Part shown: piece by piece, positions 11,740 through 21,151 of the stretch
Layout of the letters: the number at the start of each line of letters is the position of its first letter
How positions within the stretch are numbered: position 1 is the first letter of the stretch
Source of the DNA: an uncultured Gemmatimonadales bacterium
Lineage (GTDB): Bacteria; Gemmatimonadota; Gemmatimonadetes; Gemmatimonadales; GWC2-71-9
Length of the DNA stretch: 64,000 nucleotides
Assembly: GCA_963779755.1 (NCBI GenBank)
Contig: CAVZZO010000001.1
Coordinates: forward strand, 1,888,001 to 1,952,000
Reading direction: 5' to 3'
Position numbers and translations under genes: made by a program
The notes under the pieces: generated by a model
Database searches by the model: none
The model's input: only the letters and a program-made list of their open reading frames with translations
What the model was told of the DNA's origin: nothing

Positions 11740-13043
11740 GGCGCCTCCTCGCCACCGCCCTCCTGTGCGTGGGCGCCGCGCTGCCGGTCCATGCCCAGGA
11801 CACCAGCGGCGTACGCGGTGTCCGGCTGGGCATCACCTACAGCCCGGGCGTGCGTCCCAGCCTGGTGGTGCTCCCCGCGTCCGGGCTCGACTCGGTCCGG
11901 GCCATTCTCTCGCGCGATCTCGACTACAGCGACCGCTTCGAGGTCGTGGTGCTGCCCCCGGGCGAGGTCTCCCGGGTGGGCAAAGGCAACGCCATCAATT
12001 ACAAGCTCTACCGCACCCTGGGCGCGCAGTACGGAGTCGAGGTCGTGCCGGCACCGGTGGGAGTGACCGTGCGGCTGCACGATCTGGACGCCGGCGCCGT
12101 CCGGGTGGAGCAGGCGGTGGCGCTCTCGGCCGTGGGCTCACCCGATTTCCGTATGCAGGTGCACCAACTCGCCGACCAGGTGGTGCGCTGGATTACCGGC
12201 GTTCCCGGCATCGCCGCCAGCCGGCTGCTCTATGTGGTCGAGGGGCGGGTCTGGCGGGTGGACAGCGACGGCTATGATCCCGGGATCGTCACCGGCGGCG
12301 CCGGCCAGGCGCTCTCGCCGGCCTGGGAGCCCGGGGGCCGCCGGTTCGCCTATACCCGCTTCGAGGACGGCCGCGGGAGCATCGTGCTGCAGGATATCCT
12401 GGGCGGCGGGAGCAGCGTGCTGCCGGGCACCACGCGCGAACTCAACATCACGCCGGCCTTCAGCCCGGACGGCCACTGGCTCGCCTGGGCCCGGGTGGGC
12501 GAGGACGGAACCGACATTTACAAGGAGAACGTCGCCCCGGGCGGGGGGCCGCAGCGCTTGACCGCCGGGCGCTTCGCGGATAACCTAAGCCCGACGTACT
12601 CGCCCGACGGGCGGCGCATTGCCTTCGTTTCCACCCGCGCCGGCCTGCCGCAGATCTACGTCATGGGCGCCGATGGAACCGACCAGGAGCTGCTCGCCCC
12701 GTTCGATTACGGCGTGACCGGCAGCTCCAATGCCCCCGAATGGTCGCCCGATGGAGCCAGCGTCGTGTTTCATCGCGAGGTCGACGGCACACCCCAGATT
12801 TTCGTGCTTGACGTGGGCAGTCACCGCGTCCGGCAGTTGACGTCCTCGGGGCGGAATACCGACCCGACCTGGGCGCCGGACGGCCGGCATGTCGCTTATG
12901 TTTCGGACCGCAGCGGCCGCCGGCAGTTGTGGGTGATCGACATCGAAACCGGGCGGATCCGGCAGATTCAGACGGCTGGCAGTGTTCGCCTTCCGGCGTG
13001 GTCTCCCCGTCTGGGCGGGACCGCGGCTCTCACAAACCCCTGA
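11736..13043 (+). CDS. tolB: TolB beta-propeller protein
   Basis: Signal peptide, RDLDYSD, repeated PD40 motifs (PAFSPDG, PTYSPDG, PEWSPDG, PTWAPDG). Confidence 0.9.
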   Translation: MRRLLATALLCVGAALPVHAQDTSGVRGVRLGITYSPGVRPSLVVLPASGLDSVRAILSRDLDYSDRFEVVVLPPGEVSRVGKGNAINYKLYRTLGAQYGVEVVPAPVGVTVRLHDLDAGAVRVEQAVALSAVGSPDFRMQVHQLADQVVRWITGVPGIAASRLLYVVEGRVWRVDSDGYDPGIVTGGAGQALSPAWEPGGRRFAYTRFEDGRGSIVLQDILGGGSSVLPGTTRELNITPAFSPDGHWLAWARVGEDGTDIYKENVAPGGGPQRLTAGRFADNLSPTYSPDGRRIAFVSTRAGLPQIYVMGADGTDQELLAPFDYGVTGSSNAPEWSPDGASVVFHREVDGTPQIFVLDVGSHRVRQLTSSGRNTDPTWAPDGRHVAYVSDRSGRRQLWVIDIETGRIRQIQTAGSVRLPAWSPRLGGTAALTNP

Positions 13044-13059
13044 TGCCGAAGGAGTGACG

Positions 13060-13659
13060 ATGCGCGTCTTCACGCTGTTCGCCCTGGGAGCCGCCGTGCT
13101 GGTCGGCGCCTGCGGCGGCAAGCCTCAGCCCGAGCCTCCCCAGCCGACGCCGACGCCGGTCGACAGTACGGCCATCAAGGCGCGGCAGGACTCCATCGCC
13201 CGGGCCGATTCCATCGCCCGTGCCCGCCAGGACTCCATCGACGCGGCCCGGCGCGCCGCGGCCGAGGCCGAGCGTAGCCGCCAGGCGCTGATGGCGGACA
13301 TGCAGGCCATGATCCACTTCGACTACGACAAGTCGGATATCAAGCCCGACGATCAGGCCACCCTGGACCGCAAGGCGGCCATCCTGAGCGCCAATCCGGA
13401 CCTGAAGATCCGGATCAGCGGCCACGCCGACGAGCGCGGCAGCGACGAATACAACCTGGCGCTGGGCAACCGCCGCGCCCTGGCCGCCAAGCGCTATCTG
13501 GTGAACCAGGGGATCAGCGCCGACCGGATCGACGTGGTCTCGTTCGGCGAGGAGCGTCCCATCGCCCAGGGCCACGACGAATCGGCCTGGTCGCAGAACC
13601 GGCGTGACGAATTCGAGATCACCGCCGGCGGGTCAACCCTGAAGGCGCCGGGCAGCTGA
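13060..13659 (+). CDS. pal: Peptidoglycan-associated lipoprotein Pal
   Basis: Lipobox VGAC, IHFDYDKS, GHADERGSDEYNLALGNRRA, SFGEERP, NRR; AAGGAG SD. Confidence 0.95.
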   Translation: MRVFTLFALGAAVLVGACGGKPQPEPPQPTPTPVDSTAIKARQDSIARADSIARARQDSIDAARRAAAEAERSRQALMADMQAMIHFDYDKSDIKPDDQATLDRKAAILSANPDLKIRISGHADERGSDEYNLALGNRRALAAKRYLVNQGISADRIDVVSFGEERPIAQGHDESAWSQNRRDEFEITAGGSTLKAPGS

Positions 13660-13663
13660 GTCC

Positions 13664-14482
13664 TTGCCCCGGCTTACTCCCGTTCTTGCGATCCTGGCGG
13701 GCGGCGTCCTTGCGGGCTGCGCCCTGAAGAGCGACGTCCGCCGGGTCGAAGAACAACTGGCCGCCTTTCGTGCCGAGTCCGCCCGGGCGAACTCGGCACA
13801 GGCGGCGCAGCTGGCCGAGCTCATCCGGTTTCAGCAGCGCATCATGGATTCCCTCGGCACCGAGATCGCTGCCACTCGCCAGACGGTGCGGGCCATGCAG
13901 GGCAGCGTGGCCGGCGATCTCTACAACATCCAGCAGCAGCTGGTGCAGGTCCAGGAACTCACCGGGCAGAGCCAGCGCCGGCTGAACGAGATGCGCGCCC
14001 AGCTGGAAACCAGGGGCGAGCAGCTCAATCAGACCATGAGCGATACCGCGCAGCCCGCCGGCGCGGGAGCGGGGCCGGAGCCGGCCGCCGCGGGCGGTCC
14101 CCCTCCGGCGCCGGAAGAGCAGATGTACCAGGCGTCTCTGCAGCAGCTTCGGCAGGGCAGCGTGAGCACCGCGCGGCTTGGCTTCCGGCAGCTGCTGCGG
14201 AGCTACCCCACCGGCAGCCACGCGGCCGATGCGCTGTATTTCATCGGCGAGAGCTATGCGGGCGACACCCCCGATTCGGCCGCGGCGTACTATCAGCAGG
14301 TCGTGAACAGCTATCCCTCCACCCCCCGGGCGCCGAGCGCGCTCTACAAGCTCGGGTTGCTGGCCGAGCAGCAGCACGACCTCCCGACCGCACGGTCCGT
14401 CTACCAGCGGGTGGTGCAGAAATACCCGCGGTCCGACGAGGCCGCCCTGGCCCGGGACAAGCTGAAGACGCTGGGTCCGTAG
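13664..14482 (+). CDS. cpoB: Tol-Pal protein CpoB/YbgF (lipoprotein, coiled coil plus TPR)
   Basis: LAGC lipobox, coiled coil, TPR with ALYFIGES, APSALYKLG, YPRSDEA; TTG start. Confidence 0.88.
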   Translation: MPRLTPVLAILAGGVLAGCALKSDVRRVEEQLAAFRAESARANSAQAAQLAELIRFQQRIMDSLGTEIAATRQTVRAMQGSVAGDLYNIQQQLVQVQELTGQSQRRLNEMRAQLETRGEQLNQTMSDTAQPAGAGAGPEPAAAGGPPPAPEEQMYQASLQQLRQGSVSTARLGFRQLLRSYPTGSHAADALYFIGESYAGDTPDSAAAYYQQVVNSYPSTPRAPSALYKLGLLAEQQHDLPTARSVYQRVVQKYPRSDEAALARDKLKTLGP

Positions 14483-14500
14483 GTCCGGCGCGGTTCGCCC

Positions 14501-17500
14501 ATGGCAATACGCACGGGGGAAATGCCGTTCCTCGACCACCTCGAGGAGCTCCGGCATCGCCTGCTCAAGGCCCTCTCGGCGGTGATCATCGGGTTTGCGG
14601 TCGGCCTCTGGATCGTCCAGCGCTTTCAGCTGGTCTCCCTGCTCAAGAAGCCGATCGAGAGTTATCTCCCCGGCGGCAAGCTCACCGTGCTCAGCCCGAC
14701 CGAGCCGGTGATGATCGTGCTCAAGCTGAGCTTCATCGTGGGCCTGGTATTCGCCTCCCCGGTGATCATCTACCAGACCTGGGCGTTTCTTTCGCCCGCC
14801 CTGTACGACAAGGAACGCAAGGCGGTGGTCCCGGCCCTGTTCGTGGGGCTGGTGCTCTTCCTGACCGGGGGCATCCTGGGCTACGTCTTCATCGTGCCCC
14901 AGGCGTTGCGGGTGCTGTTCAGCTTCCAGAGCGAAGCCCTGGCACCCTTCATCACCTACGACAATTACTTCGGCTTCGTCCTCCAGATTGTCCTGGCGCT
15001 GGGGATCTCCTTCGAGTTGCCCCTCGTCATCATCGTGCTGGCGGCGATCGGGCTGATCACGCCGCCGGCCCTGAGCCGCTTCCGGCGGTTCTTCGTGGTG
15101 CTGGCCTGCATCGCCGGCGCCATACTCTCTCCCGGCACCGACATCATCTCGATGATCATGATGACGGTGCCGCTGCTTTTCCTGTATGAGATCGGCTACG
15201 CGGGCACGGTGCTGATCTACCGCCGCCGGCGGCGCGCCGAGGCGCGCGCCGCGGCGGGCGAGCCGGGCAGCGGCGCCGGCCGGACCATGCTCATCCTGTT
15301 CTGCCTGCTGGCCCTGGGGGCGGGGGCGGCCCGGGCCCAGGTCCCCAAGCGGCCGCCCAAGCCCCTGAAGGGCGATACCACCCAGGTCCAGCCGGGGGCC
15401 AACGCTCCCCTGGGGGTCACCCGGGCCGGGGCCGATACGGGACAACCCCTCCCCCAGGCCATGGACACCGCGACCGCCCGCCGGCTCGGCCTCCCCACCG
15501 CCCCCACCCGCTCCTTCCCCGACCCCGATTCCCTGCTGCAGAGCCTGGTGGCGCTGCCGGGCTATACCAGCATCCGGTTCGCCTCCGACTCCGCCACGCT
15601 CTTGGCCGGCGAACGGCGCATCCTGCTCACGGGGCACGGCATCACCAGGCGGGGAACCAGCGTGCTGCAGGCCGATGCCATCGCGTTCGACGACAGTACC
15701 TGCACGCTGCGGGCGCGCGGCAGCCCGCAGCTGTTCGACCAGAGCTCGGTCCTGGTGGCCGACACCATCCGCTACAACACCTGCGAACGGCGCGCCCTGG
15801 TGGCCGGCGCGCTGACCAATTTCGACCAGAACGGCGCCACCTGGTTTCTCCGGGGCAACCTGGCGCAGGACTCCAGTTCCAGCCGGCTCTTCGCCTCCAG
15901 CGGCAACATCACCAGCTGCGATCTCCCCGTTCCGCACTACCACTTCTCGGCCAGGGAGGTGAAGTGGATTTCGCAGACCGTGCTGGTCGCCCGGCCGGCC
16001 GTGCTGTACGTGCGCGATGTCCCGGTGCTGTGGCTGCCGTTCATCTTCCAGGATGCGCGGCCGGGCCGGCGCTCCGGCATTCTCATTCCCCAGTTCGGCA
16101 TCAACGATATCGTCCGGCCCAATCCGGGGTATAACCGGCAGGTCACCAACCTGGGGTATTACTGGGCGCCGAACGACTATCTGGACCTGACGGCCCGGGT
16201 GGACTGGTACGCCAACCGGTACGTCCAGTTCGGGGTGACGGGGAACTACCGCTGGCTGGACCGGTTCATCTCCGGCGGGGTGAGCTACAGCCGGCAGCAC
16301 GAGAGCGGGGGAGGCGGGGCGACCGCCCTGCGCTGGACCCACCGGCAGAATTTCAACGTCAGCACCACGCTCAACCTGAACCTGAACTACATCAGCAATT
16401 CGTCGATCGTCAGCCGGAACGCGATCGACCCGCTGCTGACCACCCAGCAGATTACCAGCGCCGTCAACTTCACCAAGCGGTTCGCCTGGGGCAACGTGAC
16501 TCTGGGCGGCAACCGGCGGCAGAGCCTCACCGACAAGAGCGCCAGCACCCAGTTTCCCGCGTTTACCATCAGCCCCAAGCCGCTCGACCTGGGGCGTGAC
16601 ATCACCTGGTCGCCGGCGCTCACCGTGACCAACGATCTGACCAGCAACAGCCCCCAGCCCGACCTGCTGGTGGCGAACGCGGTAGGCGGCGTGGATACTC
16701 TGAAGGTCACCTCGGACAGCCGGGTGACCGCGGTGAGCTTCGATACCCCGCTCCGGCTGGGCGGGTTCAACTGGCGCAACAGCTTCAGCATGAGCGACCG
16801 GAAGGTTACCGGGCTCCAGTCCGTCGCGGCGGTGAAGGTGGACAATCCCGCCACGGCCGATCCGAACGACTCGCTGCTGGTGAGCCGGGTCTACGACGGC
16901 GACTTTTCGACCAGCCTCAACTGGGACACCGGCATCAACCTGCCGCCGATGTTCCGCGGCAGCTGGAAGCTGCAGCCCAGCGTCGGCATCGAGAACTCCA
17001 CCTCCCAGGGGCCCTTCGGCCTGCGCAACCGGAATACCGGCGGGAGCTACGTGTTCCAGGGGAAGCGGCTGTCGTTCGGGGTGAGCAGCTCGCCCACCAT
17101 CTTCGGGTTCTTCCCCGGCATCGGGCCGCTGCAGCGCATCCGGCACAGCGTCTCCCCGGTCATTACCTGGAATTACCGCCCGGCCGCCAACATCCCCGAG
17201 GCCTTTGCCCGGGCCCTGGCCGGGCCGGGCATCGCGCCCCAGCTGCGCAGCGATGCGGTCCAGACCGCCAGCATCAGCCTGTCGCAGAATTTCGAGGGCA
17301 AGCTGAAGGCGGCCCCGGGCGACACGACCGCCGTCGACCAGCCGGCGAGAAAGATCCGGCTGCTCAGCATCTCGACCAGCGCTCTCACCTATGACTTCGA
17401 GCAGGCCAAGAAGCCCGGCCGGACCGGTTGGACCACCAGCACCCTCTCCAACACGTTCCAGAGCGATCTGCTGCCGGGGTTCAACCTGAGCCTCACCCAC

Positions 17501-18082
17501 AGCCTGTGGGAGGGGACCGTGGGCACCGACTCCGCGAAGTTCAAGCCGTTTCTGCAGAGTGTCAGCGCCAGCTTCGCCCTGAGCGGAGGCACCGTCCAGT
17601 CGCTGCTCTCGATCTTCGGATTGGGCAGCAAGTCATCGGCGGCCCAGACGGGGAAGAACCGCGAGCCGCCGGCGTCCTATATCGCCGACGCGGGTCAGCG
17701 GCGCACCGGTTCGTTCTACAGCTCCGACCAGGTGAACAGCATCCGCAGCGGCGCAGGCTTCAGCGCGAACTTCAACTTTTCCCTGTCCCGGACCCGCCCC
17801 GTTCCGGGCCTGCCGCCCCAGAAGAGCCGCCAGAGCCTGGGGTTCAGCACCAGCTTCCAGCCGACCCCCCTCTGGCAGGTCTCCTGGACCTCCCAGTACA
17901 ACATCACCGACGGCCGCTTCGAGTCCCAGGTGGTGCGGCTGATCCGGGACATGCACGACTGGCGCGCCGGGTTCAACTTCGTCAAGAACGCCAACGGCAA
18001 TTTCGCCTTCTTCTTCAGTATCTACCTGGTAGACCTGCCGGACGTGAAGTTCGACTACGACCAGACGACGATTAAACAGTAG
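14501..18082 (+). CDS. tatC: In-frame fusion of TatC (aa ~1-245) and an LptD-like outer-membrane LPS assembly protein (aa ~280-1193)
   Basis: EMPFLDHLEELR, YQTWAFLSPALY, FELP TatC motifs with 6 hydrophobic helices; then MLILFCLLALGAGAARA-Q signal-like segment, OstA-like region, TSCDLPVPHYHF, RRSGILIP, beta-barrel-like C-terminus; no stop between the parts. Confidence 0.85.
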   Translation: MAIRTGEMPFLDHLEELRHRLLKALSAVIIGFAVGLWIVQRFQLVSLLKKPIESYLPGGKLTVLSPTEPVMIVLKLSFIVGLVFASPVIIYQTWAFLSPALYDKERKAVVPALFVGLVLFLTGGILGYVFIVPQALRVLFSFQSEALAPFITYDNYFGFVLQIVLALGISFELPLVIIVLAAIGLITPPALSRFRRFFVVLACIAGAILSPGTDIISMIMMTVPLLFLYEIGYAGTVLIYRRRRRAEARAAAGEPGSGAGRTMLILFCLLALGAGAARAQVPKRPPKPLKGDTTQVQPGANAPLGVTRAGADTGQPLPQAMDTATARRLGLPTAPTRSFPDPDSLLQSLVALPGYTSIRFASDSATLLAGERRILLTGHGITRRGTSVLQADAIAFDDSTCTLRARGSPQLFDQSSVLVADTIRYNTCERRALVAGALTNFDQNGATWFLRGNLAQDSSSSRLFASSGNITSCDLPVPHYHFSAREVKWISQTVLVARPAVLYVRDVPVLWLPFIFQDARPGRRSGILIPQFGINDIVRPNPGYNRQVTNLGYYWAPNDYLDLTARVDWYANRYVQFGVTGNYRWLDRFISGGVSYSRQHESGGGGATALRWTHRQNFNVSTTLNLNLNYISNSSIVSRNAIDPLLTTQQITSAVNFTKRFAWGNVTLGGNRRQSLTDKSASTQFPAFTISPKPLDLGRDITWSPALTVTNDLTSNSPQPDLLVANAVGGVDTLKVTSDSRVTAVSFDTPLRLGGFNWRNSFSMSDRKVTGLQSVAAVKVDNPATADPNDSLLVSRVYDGDFSTSLNWDTGINLPPMFRGSWKLQPSVGIENSTSQGPFGLRNRNTGGSYVFQGKRLSFGVSSSPTIFGFFPGIGPLQRIRHSVSPVITWNYRPAANIPEAFARALAGPGIAPQLRSDAVQTASISLSQNFEGKLKAAPGDTTAVDQPARKIRLLSISTSALTYDFEQAKKPGRTGWTTSTLSNTFQSDLLPGFNLSLTHSLWEGTVGTDSAKFKPFLQSVSASFALSGGTVQSLLSIFGLGSKSSAAQTGKNREPPASYIADAGQRRTGSFYSSDQVNSIRSGAGFSANFNFSLSRTRPVPGLPPQKSRQSLGFSTSFQPTPLWQVSWTSQYNITDGRFESQVVRLIRDMHDWRAGFNFVKNANGNFAFFFSIYLVDLPDVKFDYDQTTIKQ

Positions 18083-18086
18083 GAAG

Positions 18087-18139
18087 CAGGGACCGGGAAC
18101 CAGGAACCAGGGATTCCTGATTCCTGGTTCCTTGTCCCT
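18087..18139. repeat. Inverted heptamer repeats (CRGGRAC)x4 / (TTCCTGR)x4
   Basis: cagggac cgggaac caggaac caggga | ttcctga ttcctgg ttccttg tccct. Confidence 0.85.
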
Positions 18140-18213
18140 TGCCAGTGACAGGCGGAATGGCCGACGCCGGATCTCAAACGGTTGACGGGTAATAACTTCC
18201 GCCTAGGCCTCCG

Positions 18214-18229
18214 TGGCACATCTCGTGCT
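18214..18229 (+). promoter_or_regulatory. Putative sigma54 (-24/-12) promoter
   Basis: TGGCAC-atctc-GTGCT with exact GG-N10-GC spacing, 33 nt before ATG 18263. Confidence 0.7.
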
Positions 18230-18262
18230 GATCTCGCGGACACTCACCCACTGGAGCCGACC

Positions 18263-19390
18263 ATGCGTCTGATCTGGCCGCTCGCGATCCTCGGGCTGGT
18301 GACCGCAGGGTGCCGCGAGACCCTCGGGAGCAACGGCGCCGCCGTGGCGCCTCCCTCCAATCTGATCTACACTGTGGAACCGAGCGGTACGCCGGGCAGC
18401 CCGTCCGGTATTCTGCTCCACTGGGACTACGATAACAGCTCGGCGCTCGCGGTCTGGCACGTGTATTCCCGGGCCAACACCGCCGACGCCTACGGCCTGC
18501 GCGGCTCCACCACCAGCAATACGTTCCACGATAATGGGGTGCCGCACCTGCAGTATTACGTCACCGCCGAGGACGATCAGGGCATCGAGACCGGCCCCAG
18601 TAATGTGGTGACCGTGGATGAGCGGCTGGCGCTGGACGCGCCCGCGTGGCTCAACAGCACCTCGCTCAACGGAGCCATCGCCCTCGACTGGGCCGACAAT
18701 GCCTTCCAGGCCGAGCCCCAGGGCTTCAAGATCTATCGGGTCTACAGTACCCCCTACGATCTGGATCAGGGCACCTGCGGCGCGACCTGGGTACTGGAAG
18801 GCACCACGGTATCCCCCGAGTTCGTCGCGGGCGCGCTGCCCAACGGAGTGCCGCGCTGCTTCGGCGTTTCCGCCGAGAGCATCGAGGGCTTCGAGAGCCT
18901 GTGGTCGCCGATTCGCGATGACACCCCGCGGCCCGACGCGCGGAACGTGCTCATCTATGCACGACAGACGCAGGATGCCGGCAGCGGGTTCCGCTTCTGG
19001 CGCGATCTCAACAACGACCAGCAGAGCCAGCCCGGGGAGCTGGGCCTGATCAGCTCGGGCTCGGCGAGTGATATCGATTTCTCGGTGGAACGCGATGTCT
19101 CCGGCGCTTTATTCCTGACGCCGGTGCGGACCGGCACGGCCGTCCAGGCGTACGGCAGCATCCCGGTCGAGGACCTTACCGGGGTGGATTTCGCACCGCT
19201 CACCGGTTACTCCACGCTGCCGATCCAGGCGGTGCCGGGCTGGGGCTACGTCTTCGAGATGGACGAAGGGGACGGCTTCTACCGGTACGGGGCGGTTCGC
19301 GTCACCCACGTGGGCCAGGATTATCTGATCCTCGACTGGGCGTACCAGACCGACCCGGGCAATCCGGAGCTGGTGCGGGGCGGCAGGTAG
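18263..19390 (+). CDS. Hypothetical lipoprotein with fibronectin-III-like repeats
   Basis: GGAG SD, lipobox TAGC, two Fn3-like units (LHW..WHVY..YYVTAED; LDW..YRVY..FGVSAES). Confidence 0.75.
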   Translation: MRLIWPLAILGLVTAGCRETLGSNGAAVAPPSNLIYTVEPSGTPGSPSGILLHWDYDNSSALAVWHVYSRANTADAYGLRGSTTSNTFHDNGVPHLQYYVTAEDDQGIETGPSNVVTVDERLALDAPAWLNSTSLNGAIALDWADNAFQAEPQGFKIYRVYSTPYDLDQGTCGATWVLEGTTVSPEFVAGALPNGVPRCFGVSAESIEGFESLWSPIRDDTPRPDARNVLIYARQTQDAGSGFRFWRDLNNDQQSQPGELGLISSGSASDIDFSVERDVSGALFLTPVRTGTAVQAYGSIPVEDLTGVDFAPLTGYSTLPIQAVPGWGYVFEMDEGDGFYRYGAVRVTHVGQDYLILDWAYQTDPGNPELVRGGR

Positions 19391-19419
19391 CCCCGGGGAG
19401 CAGGGCCCGGACCTGACAG

Positions 19420-19482
19420 GACCGCGGGGGCGACGCATGCGTCGCCCCCGCGGTCTTTCCCTTTTCCTCTTTCCCTCTTCCC
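19420..19482. repeat. 36-bp perfect palindrome (REP-like GGGGCGACGCATGCGTCGCCCC) followed by a pyrimidine heptamer run
   Basis: gaccgcgggggcgacgca|tgcgtcgcccccgcggtc at 19420-19455, then ttccctt ttcctct ttccctc ttccc. Confidence 0.9.
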
Positions 19483-19497
19483 CGTAGTTTCCCGCGC

Positions 19498-21027
19498 ATG
19501 CCCGACACCCTTACGCTGGACGGCCGCAGTCTCACCGTCGAGGCCACGGCGCGGTTTGCCCGGACGGCCGATCTTCAGCTCCGGCTCGATCCGGCGGCCC
19601 TGGAGACGCTGGCGGCGAGCCGCCGGCGGGTGGAAGCGGCCATCGCCGGCGGGCAGGCGATCTACGGCATCAACACCGGATTCGGCAAGCTGGCGAATGT
19701 CCGGATCGACCCCGAACGGCTGGACGACCTCCAGGCCAACCTGATTCGCAGCCATGCCGCGGGCGTGGGCGATCCCCTCCCGCCCGACGTGGTGCGGGCC
19801 GTCATGCTGCTTCGGGCCAACGTGCTCCTGCGGCCCACCAGCGGCGTCAGGCCGGCCTTGGTGGAAGCGCTGGCCGCTCTGCTGCAGAGTGGGATTGTTC
19901 CCCGGGTGCCGGAGCAGGGAAGTGTGGGGGCGAGCGGCGACCTGGCTCCGCTGGCCCACATAGCCCAGGTGCTGATGGGCGAGGGCCAGGTGCTGGGGCC
20001 CGCGGGAGCGGAACCCGCCGCCGCCGCACTGGCGGGGGCCGGGCTCGCCCCCTACCGCCTCGCTCCCAAGGAAGGCCTGGCGTTCATCAATGGCACCCAG
20101 GCGCAAACCGCCCTGCTGGCGCTCCTGGTGTACGACAGCGAGGTCCTCTGGCGCACGGCAGTGGCCGCCGCCGCCCTCAGCCTGGAGGCGCTCCGGGGCA
20201 CGCCGGTGCCGCTCGACCCGCGCATTCACCAGGCCCGTCCCCATCCCGGCCAGATCCAGACGGCGGCCCTGATGCGGCGCCTGCTGGAAGGCAGTGAGAT
20301 TCGCGAATCCCACCGCGAGAACGACCCCAGAGTGCAGGACGCCTACAGCCTGCGATGTACCCCGCAGGTGCTGGGTGCGGTGGCCGACGCCATCCGCTTT
20401 GCCCGGGAGACGGTGGCCGTCGAGTTGAATGCCTCCACCGACAACCCTCTGGTCTTCGAGGGCGGCGACGTGCTCTCGGGCGGCAACTTCCACGGCCAGC
20501 CGGTGGCCCAGGCGCTCGATTTTCTGGGGGTAGCACTCACCACGCTCCAGGCGATCGCCGAGCGGCGGGTGGAGCGGCTGGTCAATCCCGATCTCTCTCA
20601 GGGGCTGCCCGCCTTCCTCACGGCCGATCCCGGTCTGCGCTCCGGGTTCATGATGGTCCAGATCACCGCCGCCTCGCTGGTGGCGGAGTCGCGGACGCTG
20701 GGGCATCCGGCCAGCACCGGCTCCATTCCGACCGACGCCAACCAGGAGGACTTCGTTCCCATGGGAATGGCGGCGGCGTGGAAGGTGCGGCGGATCCTGC
20801 AGAATGCGCGGCGCGTCGTGGCGGCCGAACTGCTCTGCGGCGCCCAGGGGCTGGAATACCTGCGCCCGCTCCAGCCGGGCCGGGGGGTGGGCCGGCTGTA
20901 CGCCCGGATCCGCGGCGAGGCGGGCATCCCGCCGCTGACCGACGATCGTCCGCCGGCGCCGGATCTGGAACGGCTGGCCGCAGCGCTGGCGGGCGGTCTC
21001 CTCGATCCCGGCCCCGGGGAGGGGTGA
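19498..21027 (+). CDS. hutH: Histidine ammonia-lyase
   Basis: YGINTGFG, NLIRSHA (HAL-type SH), GSVGASGDLAPLAH (MIO ASG), PKEGLAFINGTQ, QDAYSLRC, GGNFHG. Confidence 0.95.
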   Translation: MPDTLTLDGRSLTVEATARFARTADLQLRLDPAALETLAASRRRVEAAIAGGQAIYGINTGFGKLANVRIDPERLDDLQANLIRSHAAGVGDPLPPDVVRAVMLLRANVLLRPTSGVRPALVEALAALLQSGIVPRVPEQGSVGASGDLAPLAHIAQVLMGEGQVLGPAGAEPAAAALAGAGLAPYRLAPKEGLAFINGTQAQTALLALLVYDSEVLWRTAVAAAALSLEALRGTPVPLDPRIHQARPHPGQIQTAALMRRLLEGSEIRESHRENDPRVQDAYSLRCTPQVLGAVADAIRFARETVAVELNASTDNPLVFEGGDVLSGGNFHGQPVAQALDFLGVALTTLQAIAERRVERLVNPDLSQGLPAFLTADPGLRSGFMMVQITAASLVAESRTLGHPASTGSIPTDANQEDFVPMGMAAAWKVRRILQNARRVVAAELLCGAQGLEYLRPLQPGRGVGRLYARIRGEAGIPPLTDDRPPAPDLERLAAALAGGLLDPGPGEG

Positions 21028-21151
21028 CCGGCTCCGGGCGCGGCCCCGTTTCGGTCTCCCTGCCTGTCTCGTATCTTGGTACGTCCGGGGCAGTTCGGTT
21101 ATCTTGCCCAGATTACCCGCATCCTCTTTTCCCTCTCGTCGCCCGGGCCGG

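Noticed and set aside
15221..15300. RRRRR after TatC as a twin-arginine signal for the LptD part
   Set aside because: Lacks the S/T-R-R-x-F-L-K consensus and lies ~17 aa from the hydrophobic core; fits the positive-inside tail of TatC
13619..17500. 1293-aa minus-strand ORF, and similar long antisense ORFs at 560-2608, 2904-4892, 21113-23272, 25262-27631, 39812-42592 and 51532-54213
   Set aside because: Shadow frames opposite well-supported genes; expected in high-GC DNA and lacking recognisable motifs
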